DNA of 64,000 bases from Pseudogymnoascus verrucosus (taxonomy: Eukaryota): the NCBI GenBank assembly GCA_001662655.1, contig KV460229.1; one strand, written 5' to 3'. Both the position numbers and the translations under genes were made by a program. Below, piece after piece: positions 10,520-21,222 of the stretch (positions are counted from its first letter, which is position 1; each line of letters begins with the position of its first letter). The notes beneath the pieces were generated by a model. It ran no database searches and was not told the DNA's origin. It saw only the letters and a list, made by a program, of their open reading frames with translations.

Positions 10520-11230
10520 ATTGTGAGCAGACCTAGTAGGCATCAGACATATTCAGAAGATGACAACGAACTGTTGATACAGCTGAAAGAGGATGACAAA
10601 TTGCCCTGGGATGAAATTGCACAGTACTTCCCGGAAAGGACCAAAGGGATGTTATAAGTGCACTACTGCACAAACTGAAGAACCGCTCGCAGACGTCTAA
10701 GTACAAGAGACGCAAGATAACGAACTCTGCTAAAGAAGGCGGGGGAATACATCCATCCGGTTTTTCAATGGAGTTGCTTAATCCACAGCTTCGAGATGCT
10801 CTTCCTTTCACATCAACTCTACTAGCAACCGCCGACTCGGACAAGGCTGCTCACGGAAGCGTACTGTTAACTACACTAGAATACAGAGAAGACATGGCAG
10901 TGCAGCAACGTTCTGGCAGCTAAGGAGTAGAAAGCAATCCAGTCGCTATCGACGCAAAGGAGAGGACGTGGGACGTTGAGGTGCTACTTGCCAAGTCAAC
11001 GGTGTGGTACCTCGTGAAGTGGGAGGGCTTCCTAAATGAGCATAATACCTAGCAGAAACGGCGCGACATAAGTTTAGATCTCATTAACGAGTTTGAGGCG
11101 ACCTATCAAGGGAACTTTGCTAGTGTGCAATTGCTCAAAAGCGAGAACGGAGAGGGGAGATTGAATATCTTGTCAAGTAGAAGGGTCGTCCTAACCAAGA
11201 GGCTGTGGTATTTGGGCCTAAATACCAGCT
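10520..11230 (+). pseudogene. Myb/SANT plus two chromodomains, pseudogene fragment
   Basis: Myb: YSEDDNELLIQLKEDDKLPWDEIAQYFPERTKGML*VHYCT/LKNR (10549-10686). Chromo 1: WDVEVLLAKSTVWYLVKWEGFLNEHNT*QKRRDISLDLINEFE (~10968-11097). Chromo 2 after a frameshift: KRERRGEIEYLVK*KGRP (~11139-11192). Confidence 0.8.
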
Positions 11231-11531
11231 GAGTCAGCCGATTTCCCCATACAAAATTTGGCGAACGCCAAAACAGGGGTGCTAAATACCACCGCCTAAT
11301 TACCACCACGACAGACTAAGACATCATTTGCCCCTTTATCGTAGCCATTGAATTCTATGAAGCTCGTAGACTGTCCGTAGACTTTAAATAGACCTCTATA
11401 CATAATTGCAGTCCTATATAAGACGTTGTAAGCAAGGAAAACCTTACTCTAAGCTAACCCTAAGCTGCCATCTTTAAATCCTTAGGGTTATAGGATTGGC
11501 TTAGTCATTAGGGTCTAACGTGTTTCTTAGA

Positions 11532-12692
11532 ATGGTGGACTAGATGATCTACAACGATGCATACTAGGCCTTAATATGTAAGGCTTATAGGTATGCAATT
11601 ATAAACTTAGCTAGGCACCTAGTAGACACACATAGTAACGTTGATTTAAAGACTTAGAAAGCAATTGTTAGTGAATATTTAGGGTTGTAAATAAATTAAC
11701 TACTAAATTATAATTTTCATTTTAGACTAAGAAATTCAATTCTAGCGATTAATGGGCTTACTATCTATAATGGATTTACATATAAGAACTATAAAAAATG
11801 CAGATACCTAATAAGTAGTTAGAAAGCCATTTAGGTGCATTATAATAAAGAGCATAATTAGACGTAGACTAAGGCAGATCTAGTATACTAGGTTAGGGTT
11901 AAACTATAGACGTTCTTTAGAATTCCTAGGAATGCTATCTATTATTTCTATGTAAATGTACCTAAGGAGGTAGGAGAGGATATAACTAACAAAAGAGGAT
12001 AGCTAAAGTGCTAATTAATTAATGATATTAAGGAGTAGTAGGCATATAGAAAAGAGTAGTAGGAGAACTTATAGAAGGTTCTAGTAGATAGTGCCTTAAG
12101 GCATAAGACTATAAACTAGCTAAAGTACATAGGGTAGACTGCCTATTTTAAGGAGAGGGATCTAAGTAAGATCTACACCTATAGCTAAATGCTAGGATAG
12201 GAAGATGATTATCTATATAGGATAGTAGCTGTAATAGACTAGTTGTTCTTTAGCTACTACATTAATAGGTTAAAGAGCATGCTATTAATAACATAGCTCC
12301 TATTAGCTAGCCTACATTAACTAGATGTATATAGCTAACTATTTAGGCTATTATAAGAGAAGATAAGCATAGACTACAACCTAATTTACTAGACACGATT
12401 TCTATACTACTGTCTAAATGTTCTCTACCTTAACAATTCTAAGTTATTTAAAAGGTATAGCTTTCGTTTTGTAGTAGGGTAGAGAGAAAGCTTAGAAAGA
12501 CTATAGGAGCACTTATAGAATGTAGACTAGTTAGAGGAGGCTTTAGAGGAAGAGCTTCTTGAAATTTCAGCTAGTTTCTAGATATAGTAGCTTTAGGGCA
12601 ACCTATTTAAAAGTCTACTATAGCATTTTATTAGCATGCTAGGGATTAATGGAGATTTAGGGCAGTTTTAACCTATACATCTATTTACATAC
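11532..12692 (+). pseudogene. DUF3505-type Zn-finger N-terminus of a telomere-linked RecQ helicase (TLH)-like gene, RIP-mutated, 3' truncated
   Basis: One 387-codon frame with stops: ALICKAYRYAIINLARHL..H, INGLTIYNGF..C..H...EH, VKL*TFF, TIN*LKYIG*TAYF, and SLL*HFISMLGINGDLGQF*PIHLFTY. It ends exactly at an LTR. The helicase core itself is not in the window. Confidence 0.7.
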
Positions 12693-13228
12693 TATAACGC
12701 TAGGTCTTAAACTATAAGACTTATAGAGGTTTTGTTACATTAGTTTACTTAATAGAGGAGGTAGGGGATTAGACATAAAGGCTTTTATAAAACATGTTAT
12801 AGTATATAACAAAATACTATATTAAGTTAAGCATAAAGCTCCTATCTAAGAACTAACTATCTACTTATATAGTAACGTTATACTAAAGGGAATAGTTAGA
12901 ATAGTAAACTCCTTTACTATTCTTACTATTCCTACTATTCTATTATATAGGGTTCTTATAAGGAGGTGCCTATAAATAGTCTAGTACCTACTCTATCTAG
13001 TACCTAGTAATAGTTAAGTACCTAGAAGGAGTTAGGTGCTTACTCTATCTAGTACCTAGCAATTCTTAGGTGCCTAGGAATTCTCTAGTACCTATAGGAG
13101 TAGGTGCTTAAGAAAACTCTACTACCTAATGTTAACCCTACCTTAAGGGCAGCTAACTTACTAACATGTTTATTACTACTATAACTAGTATGTTAGTAAA
13201 AGTACAGCTATAAACACTAGCTATAACA
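12693..13228 (-). mobile_element. Solo gypsy LTR (536 bp), RIP-mutated
   Basis: tataacgctaggtcttaaac...gctataaca, i.e. RIPed TG..CA ends. The first ~250 bp match 471-720. Confidence 0.82.
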
Positions 13229-13937
13229 TTTACCTTGTTATTTTTACCTAGAAAATTAGCCCTTACATTTTAGGGGGTAACTAATTTTATAATTATAATT
13301 ATAGTTGTCCTTAAGGTAGTAAGCTAAATTTATGTTAGTATAGAGTTAGTATAGATAACTAAGTAGAGAGGCTATATAAAGTAGTAGGTAAATTCTATTA
13401 TAAACAATTGCTAAATTACTAACATATAGTATATAATAGCTTTAGTTAGAATTAGAAAGGGTACATTATATATTAAGTAAGTTTTAGTTTTAGAGTAGCT
13501 ACTACTATTATTAATAATATACATGTAATTTAACTTCTACTACTTATAATTGTTATAAATCCTTATATTACTAAGAACCCTTATATTAGTAGACTACCCT
13601 TAATATAAGGATGCCTCCTTACTTAGGGTAGTTATGCCTATTATGTAGCGCTATTAAGACTTAGGGCTGTTATAGGTTAGTTGTAACTAACAGCCTTAGG
13701 CACATAACGTAAGGAAGCCTTAGGCAAACAGGGAGCTAGCTAAGTTAGAGCAGCTTTAGGTATTTTAAGGGAATAGCTATATAGGGTTATACCTTTATCT
13801 TTTTTATATCCTTTATAGTAGACCTATAGGATTGCACTAACTTATATCTAACTTGTACTCCTATATGCAACTTCTTGTAATATAGTGCCCTATGTCCTTA
13901 CACTTAATATATAGGATTTTAAGTAGAAGAAAAGACC

Positions 13938-14330
13938 TAGTATTCCCTAAAATAGTATTAGGATTTATAGGTTTTAAATAGTATTTAGCAATGAGCAGTA
14001 TTTAGGCAAAATTTAGGGTATTTAGCAAGTATTTACTAAAGACTTAGATACTATTTAAGTCCTTAGTATGCACAGCCTATAACGCTAAGCTATAAAGATT
14101 AGCTAGCAAAGTAGTATTAGTAATTAGTCGTCGCAAAATGTGCTAACACGTGACTGCTAATAAGGGACCACTAATTTTCGGTATATCCTATTATATTTCA
14201 CAATAGTTGAGCCTTAAAATACCCAAATAGTATTCGGCGAGGATTTGTATGAGTATTCGCCGAATACTTTCAGATGGCGAGTATTCGGGAAAACCCCGAA
14301 TAGTATTCGAATACTATTTAGGGAACACTG
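13938..14330. mobile_element. Non-autonomous hAT element (MITE, 393 bp) with 8-bp TSD
   Basis: TSD aaaagacc at 13930-13937 and 14331-14338. TIRs tagtattccctaaaatagtatt / aatactatttagggaacactg. Subterminal gtattcg/cgaata repeats. Confidence 0.9.
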
Positions 14331-14357
14331 AAAAGACCTCCCGATTAGTCCCTCCAT

Positions 14358-15087
14358 TCAAAGTGCCGCTAATGCCCCGACTATCGCAACCAATAATTCC
14401 CCCGTTACTCTTACCTCCGTCGCGCCACCTGTAGACGACGGCGAGGATGGGTTCGTCGGGTTCGCCGTGCTCAACGGGCTTATCGATCCAGTCGGCGTAT
14501 ACCGCACACCATCAGTGTTTGTGAAACTCGTCAACCGCGCCGTGGCGATTCCCGTGATCTTGCCAGCAATTGCCGTCTTCGCGCCCGTCCAGTAATTCTC
14601 GACGCGCGTATCGTTAGGGAAGCGATCATTGACGATAGTGGCATCAGGGGCTAGAATGTACGCTCGTCGCGTTGTAAGGCGGGAATAGGTCCGCATATGG
14701 TTGCGTGACTGGGGTGGGCTTGCATTCGGCGTTGCTGAGGCTAGTGTAGTGTTCCTTCAGCGCGGCGGGTTCGAATCCAACCCAGCCGTGCGCGGCGTAA
14801 CAGAGCTCGCAGCCGTACCAGGCCTCCAAGGCGTTGCCGCCGCAGAGACACTCCTGCTCGGCGAGGAAGTCGATCTGAGTAGTTCCGTTGGCGCTGCAGA
14901 CTTGTAGGAGGTACATATGTTGTTCGCACGGGAAGGGGGACTGAGAGAGGGACGAGAAATCCAAAGGGGCAGCCCCGACTAAACTAGTAGGGTAACACAT
15001 GACATGGAGATAACCATTATTAGGATGCTGGGACTTGGCCAGGGAGAAGAGTGCGAGGAGTGCAAGGACGGGTGAGATGGCCGGCAT
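14358..15087 (-). pseudogene. Secreted Cys-rich GPI-anchored protein (Mcl1 N-terminal-domain-like) with a single +1 frameshift
   Basis: Signal peptide, then FPCE..CSANGT..DFLAEQECLCGG..W.GC..C..AHG. The frame stops at 14644, but the shifted frame continues PDATIVNDRFPNDTRVENYWT through an S/T-rich stretch to a hydrophobic tail (ELLVAIVGALAAL). Confidence 0.75.
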
Positions 15088-17420
15088 GGTTAATATTGTT
15101 GCGAGAAATGGTGTCTAAGATGGAGCATATAGAGTAGAATGGGATGTGACAGAATAGGGGAGGAAAGAGGTTGATACAACCCCAACCTTTTACCTACGTG
15201 CGCTTTCCGCAATTTACCATCATGCGCGCGTCGTCTGTTAGGCCTACCTGCGAGCCTAATAAGGACGCGGTCGAGACCATACTCTACTTTAGGCAGAACC
15301 GCGAGCAATTTCACATTTTAGCCTTAATCCATATAAGATGGCGGTTCCACCGAAGAATATTCTTCCACTCCCATCTGTCGCATACGTCGTTCGCGTTGGT
15401 GGTTGCCAATCGCCACACCCGCTTAAGCCACACCTGCACAGCCTCACCTGTTGAGCCTTCTGCTCTTTCGAGCGTCGCCCAAGCGCACGATGAGTCGTTG
15501 AAGTTGCTGGATTTAGTTCCTGATTCGGATATTAGATATTGAGGCTGCGAATCATATGATCACGCGCACAGAATGGACATCCGTATCACGTGACCATTTG
15601 GGTTACAAATGGTACAAGTGCAGGAACCAACATAACTCTCTCTCTCTCTCTACATTTCAGCAATTGAACTTCGTCACCTTCGTTTTCCATCGATCAGCTA
15701 TGGAGGATTTATGAATCTTGAGGAAAACATGTGTTGGAGAAAGATGAAGCGGGGATACCAACATCAAAACCTAATAGAAGGGCCAAGTACATACAGTACT
15801 CGCACATGAGCTGACATAACACAACACCAACACACTTCCTTGGTTTGTTATTTCCGACCCCACCCCCTTTCCCAAAATTCGAGCCAGTGACGCCAAAATA
15901 AACACACTGACATTTAATTTCAGGACTCATATGGATAGATCAAAACGGCAAAGTACAATATATCTCGAGATTACGATCGAGCAGCGTTGTTGCTTCTTCT
16001 CCTTACCTCGCCTTATCGTCGGTCATGACAGTGAGGGGAACGGAAATAGCGCACGAGGAGGAGAAGCCCGGAATTACTCCACCTTCGTATTCCTAGTGCT
16101 CCTTGGCCCGCCTTCAGTGTGACTCTCCGCAGTCCCCCCGCATTGATTGAGTTGCAAGCGAGCTCAAGAAAAACTCATTTTAACACTACTGCACCCTGGC
16201 ATTACCCCGCAAATCCAATTCAGGTCCAAGCATTGTCGCTCATTTCGGATCGCTCGGCGGCGGACACGAGGAGAGATGAGCGAGATGAGAGGCGGGGAGG
16301 CAGGGAGGCGAGAGGCGCAGGAAGGGGAGGATACAAGGAGGATACAGGGAGGCAGGGAGGAAGGAAGGCAAGCCTGTTCGCATGGCTGCTTACTTTTGTG
16401 CACGGCCAATACTTTGGTTTCCGCCCAGTGATATGTGCCATGCCATGTATTCCCGATGTTGGGCACACTCTTCTTAACCTGTTTGTTGTTGGTGCTTGTT
16501 GGGGCCTTGCCATTCCCTCCAGTCGCGACTGCTTGTCGCTGTCAACGCCTCTAATTAGCTCCTTCTGCTTTTGGTCAAGTACGTCCGCGCCGAAAATGCA
16601 GTATTACGAGCGCTGACATGGGAGTTGACAGCAGGCTCGACCTGGTGCTGGTAGGCCGTCTTCACTTTCTCTTGTCGTTTCGTGCCAGCTTGTCATTGTC
16701 AATCTCTCAATTAGAGTTGCAGCGGCTCGTCGCTCATCTGTGTGAGCCTCATTGTCACGCCATGGCGGGCATGGCGGGCAATGGCTTTGACAGTGCGGAT
16801 CTCTATTAAGTTTCTTTGTGCCTTCCTTGTTGACAGGCGGCTTCTCCCTGTCGGTCTGTTAATCATTTTCCCTATTGCCATGTGAAAGGTGACACCCCGG
16901 CGCGCGTGGCGTACGCTTGTCCATGCTGCTGTCCGGAACAGGCTTAAAATTGCTCTCCAAGTTCCCTATTTACCCTGCCAATGAGCGAAAGCGGACTAGA
17001 TGCGGAGATGCACATTCAATGGTCTGTTCCTGAGGAATCGTGGGGTACGCCCGATATCACCCCGGATTGCTTGTTCCCTCCTACCAGCGGCGCCCTGGGA
17101 TCACTCACCAGCATTTACCTAGCAGATATTGATTCTGCGCCGCACATGGATGTCATTGTGCTTGACATGAGCCTGTGCATCCTCGGCATCTTGCCAAAAT
17201 AGCTATTTCCGCCCTGTTTTAAAGATTCACATGCCAGCTAGAATCCCATGTCTGGTCTAGACGCACCAACAAAGTCACCGGCGGGGGATTGCGTCGGGGA
17301 TTATTGACGGATCTCACTTTCAATGGATTGCTATAAGATCAGCGCTTCCGTCATCACACCCATAGTTCTCCAACTTTTAGAGCCCGCACTCGTTGCTTTA
17401 AAGTTGAAATCGAGGCAACT

Positions 17421-20400
17421 ATGATGCTCCTCAGCCCTGCGGTCATTTTGGCCGTTGCCGCCGTCGTTACAGCTACCACCCCCGGTCCCACACAGTGTGA
17501 CCCGAAGGCGTCCGCCATTCCCGCTTGTGCCGTAAGGTCCCTTGCCGCCACCTTATGAGAAACTCTAGCTAACCAAGCCTCACAGACTGGATGCATTATC
17601 AGTGCCGGCGAACAGTATGGCTGTTCCAAAGAGGACTATTGGTGTCAGTGCGAGCCTGACACATACGCCAACATCAATGGAGCAGCAATAAACTGCGTCC
17701 TTGGTGCATGTGGCTTGAGTGGTGCTCTGCCCGTCCTGGACGCAGCTAACGCCGTATGCTCCTGTGCATCTGAGTATCCGTCGCCAACGAGCACTGCTGC
17801 CCCGACATCTACCGACCCTCCTGTCGTAACCACAGATCCACCTGTCATAACCACGGATACGCCTACCCCCACAACCGGCTCGCCGTGCGTGGTAACACCA
17901 GGCCCATCCCAATGTGATGCGTCAGCCTCAGCTATTCCCCCCTGCGCTACTGACTGCATCATCAGCGCCGGAACTCAATACGGGTGCACCAAAGAGGACT
18001 ACTGGTGCCAATGCGAGCCTGATACATATGCCAACATCAATGGAGCTGCATTGTACTGCGTCCTTGATGCCTGTGGCCTTGACGCTGCCCTCCCCGTCCT
18101 CGACGCAGCTAACGCTGTGTGTGCCTGCGCATCGGCTAACCCCTCGCCCCCTTGCACTGGTGGCCCTGAACCAACTACTGGGCCACCCACGGATACTACC
18201 ACTGGCCCTGCTACTACGGAAGCAACCCCAACTTCAACCGCGGAGCCAACAACGGATGAGCCAACCACAGAGCAAACGCCAACTACTACAGGCGGCACGC
18301 CTTGCACCGCCGCTCCCGGCCCAACCCAATGTGATGCGTCAGCTTCGGCGATCCCTCCTTGCGCTACTGACTGCATTATCAGCGCTGGAGCTCAATACGG
18401 CTGTACTAAAGAGGACTATTGGTGTCAATGCGAGCCTGATACATATGCTAATATCAACGGAGCTGCATTAAACTGCGTCCTTGGCGCCTGTGGTCTCGAC
18501 GGTGCTCTCCCCGTCCTCGACGCAGCTAACGCTGTGTGTGCCTGCGCATCGGCTAACCCCTCGCCCCCTTGCACTGGTGGCCCTGAACCAACTACTGGGC
18601 CACCTACGGATACCACCACTGGCCCTGCTACTACAGAAGCAACCCCAACTTCAACTGCGGAGCCAACCACGACGGATGAGCCAACCACAGAGCAAACTCC
18701 AACTACTACAGGCGGCACACCTTGCACCGTCGCTCCCGGCCCGACCCAATGTGATGCGTCAGCTTCGGCGATCCCTCCTTGCGCTACTGACTGCATCATC
18801 AGCGCCGGAGCTCAATACGGCTGCACTAAAGAAGACTATTGGTGTCAATGCGAGCCTGATACCTATGCCAAAATCAACGGGGCTGCATTAAACTGCGTCC
18901 TTGGCGCCTGTGGTCTCGACGGTGCTCTTCCAGTACTTGATGCAGCGAACGCTGTGTGTGCGTGTGCTTCAGAGTACCCTGCACCTTCTTGCACCGGAGG
19001 ACCAACGGGCACAGCAACTGGTACAGGCGGCCCGGATACGACAACAACTGGCGGCCCAGATACCACGACAACTGGTACAGGTGGACCAGAGACAACTCCG
19101 CCTCCTACTGGTACGGAAACCGGCACACCGTGCTCGGCGACACCAGGCCCTACTCAATGTAACGCCTCTGCCTCTGCGATCCCACCATGTGCAACGGACT
19201 GCATTAAAAGCGCCGGTGCTCAATTCGGCTGCTCAGAGCTTGACTTCTGGTGCCAATGCGAGCCTGACACCTACTCTAAGATCAATGGCGCTGCTTTGAA
19301 CTGTGTGCTTAGCTCTTGTGGAGCTGCTGGCGCCATCCCAGTCCTAGATGCAGCAAATGCCGTCTGCGCCTGTGCTTCGGCTAACCCTTCGCCTTCTTGC
19401 ACCGGAGTACCAACAAGCACAGGAACCGGCCCAGGTGGTCCAGACACCACAACAACTAGTTGCCCAGACACGACGACAACTGGTACAGGTGGCCCAGAAA
19501 CAACACCACCTCCTACTGGTACCGAAACCGGCACGCCTTGCTCAGCAACGCCGGGTCCAACCCAATGCGATGCCTCCGCCTCTGCAATCCCACCATGTGC
19601 AACGGACTGCATTAAAAGCGCTGGTGCTCAATTCGGCTGCTCAGAGCTTGACTTCTGGTGCCAATGCGAGCCTGACACCTACTCTAAGATCAATGGCGCT
19701 GCTTTGAACTGTGTGCTTAGCTCTTGTGGAGCTGCTGGCGCCATCCCAGTCCTAGATGCAGCAAACGCCGTCTGCGCCTGTGCTTCAGCTAACCCTTCGC
19801 CGTCCTGCACTGGGGTACCAACAGGCACTGGAACCGGCCCAGGTGGTCCAGACACGACGACAACTGGTACAGGCGGCCCGGTAACAACCCCACCTCCAAC
19901 TGGCACTGAAACTGGCACACCTTGCTCCGTGACACCAGGCCCAACTCAGTGCGATGCATCAGCCTCTGCGATTCCTCCTTGCGCGACTGACTGCATTGTC
20001 AGCGCGGGTGCTCAATTCGGCTGCTCTAAGCTCGACTTCTGGTGCCAGTGTGAGCCTGAAACCTACGCCAAGATCAATGGCGCCGCATTGAACTGCGTCC
20101 TTGAGTCCTGCGGGGCCGCCGGTGCCATTCCCGTTCTCGACGCAGCGAACGCCGTCTGCGCCTGTGCTTCTTCCATCCCGGCACCCACCTGCACCGGATC
20201 CGGACCAGGTGGCGGCGGCGGCAACGGTTCGGGCAGCGGAACGGATGTGCCAACCACGCTGACCACATCGCCAACTCCAACAGGTAGCGGAACCCCATGC
20301 TCAGTGGCACCAGGCCCAACTCAATGCGACGCGACCGCGTCTGCAATTCCGCCATGCGCTACAGACTGTATTATTAGCGCGGGTGCTCAATTCGGCTGCT

Positions 20401-20921
20401 CTAAGCTCGATTTCTGGTGCCAGTGTGAGCCTGACACCTACGCTAAGATCAATGGCGCCGCATTGGACTGTGTCCTTAGTTCTTGCGGAGCTGCTGGTGC
20501 CATTCCCGTTCTCGACGCAGCGAACGCTGTCTGCTCTTGCGCGACCTCGTATCCTCAGCCAACTTGCACTGGAGGTGGCGGCTCTGGAAATGGAAACGGC
20601 AGCGGTTCGGGTAGTGGAAGCGGCAGTGGCAGCGGCTCTGGAAGTGGAAGCGGCAGTGGCAGCGGCTCTGGAAGTGGAAGCGGCTCAGGCAGCGGAAGCG
20701 GAAGCGGCTCAGGCAGTGGAAGCGGCAGCGGATCAGGTAGTGGAAGTGGAAGTGGCAGTGGTTCCGGAAGTGGTAGCGGCAGCGGCAGCGGAAGCGGATC
20801 TGGCAGTGGCGACGGAGGTGTCATTACCCCAGTCCCATCCAGCGCATCCAGCCTCCAGTCGCTGATGGTTACCATGACCGCCATCTTTGTCACTGCTGGC
20901 ATCTTCGCCATCGCTTGGTAA
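17421..20921 (+). CDS. GPI-anchored cell-surface protein with 8 tandem CFEM domains (~1148 aa)
   Basis: ATG at 17421 with signal peptide and intron 17532-17585. Eight IPxCAxxC..C...D.WCQC..C...C..C.C units are separated by P/T linkers, followed by a long (GS)n tract and a hydrophobic C-terminus. Confidence 0.92.
20572..20812 (+). repeat. Coding (Gly-Ser)n repeat
   Basis: ggaagt/ggcagc/ggctct hexamers encoding about 80 residues of mostly alternating G and S. Confidence 0.9.
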
Positions 20922-21222
20922 AAACTTATAATGTCAGGTAATGACACAAGTGAGCCCTGGAATGGGTCTCACGGTTTCTAATTCTACGGCGGAATTTTTA
21001 TAATAGGGATAATATAGTATATATACACTTCTTCAATGTTCAGTTAATCCGCCATATTAAAGTTTCACTGTGACTTCTCTGATTGAATAATGGCTTAGTT
21101 GTTATGAAAGTATTTTGACAAAAATCGTGAATACTGCTACGCTCCATATATTTTGGTCCTATGTACAGAGCGGAGAACTCTCTAAGTTCGAGCTCATTTT
21201 ACCACGGCAAATCCAAGGAGCT

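Noticed and set aside
15171..17202. ORFs upstream of the CFEM gene
   Set aside because: Low-complexity or purine-rich promoter sequence, mostly non-ATG starts, no domains. I found no clear SreA-type ATCWGATAA site.
17580..20947. Many overlapping antisense and alternate-frame ORFs, including a poly-(LP) ORF
   Set aside because: Shadows of the repetitive CFEM/GS coding sequence.
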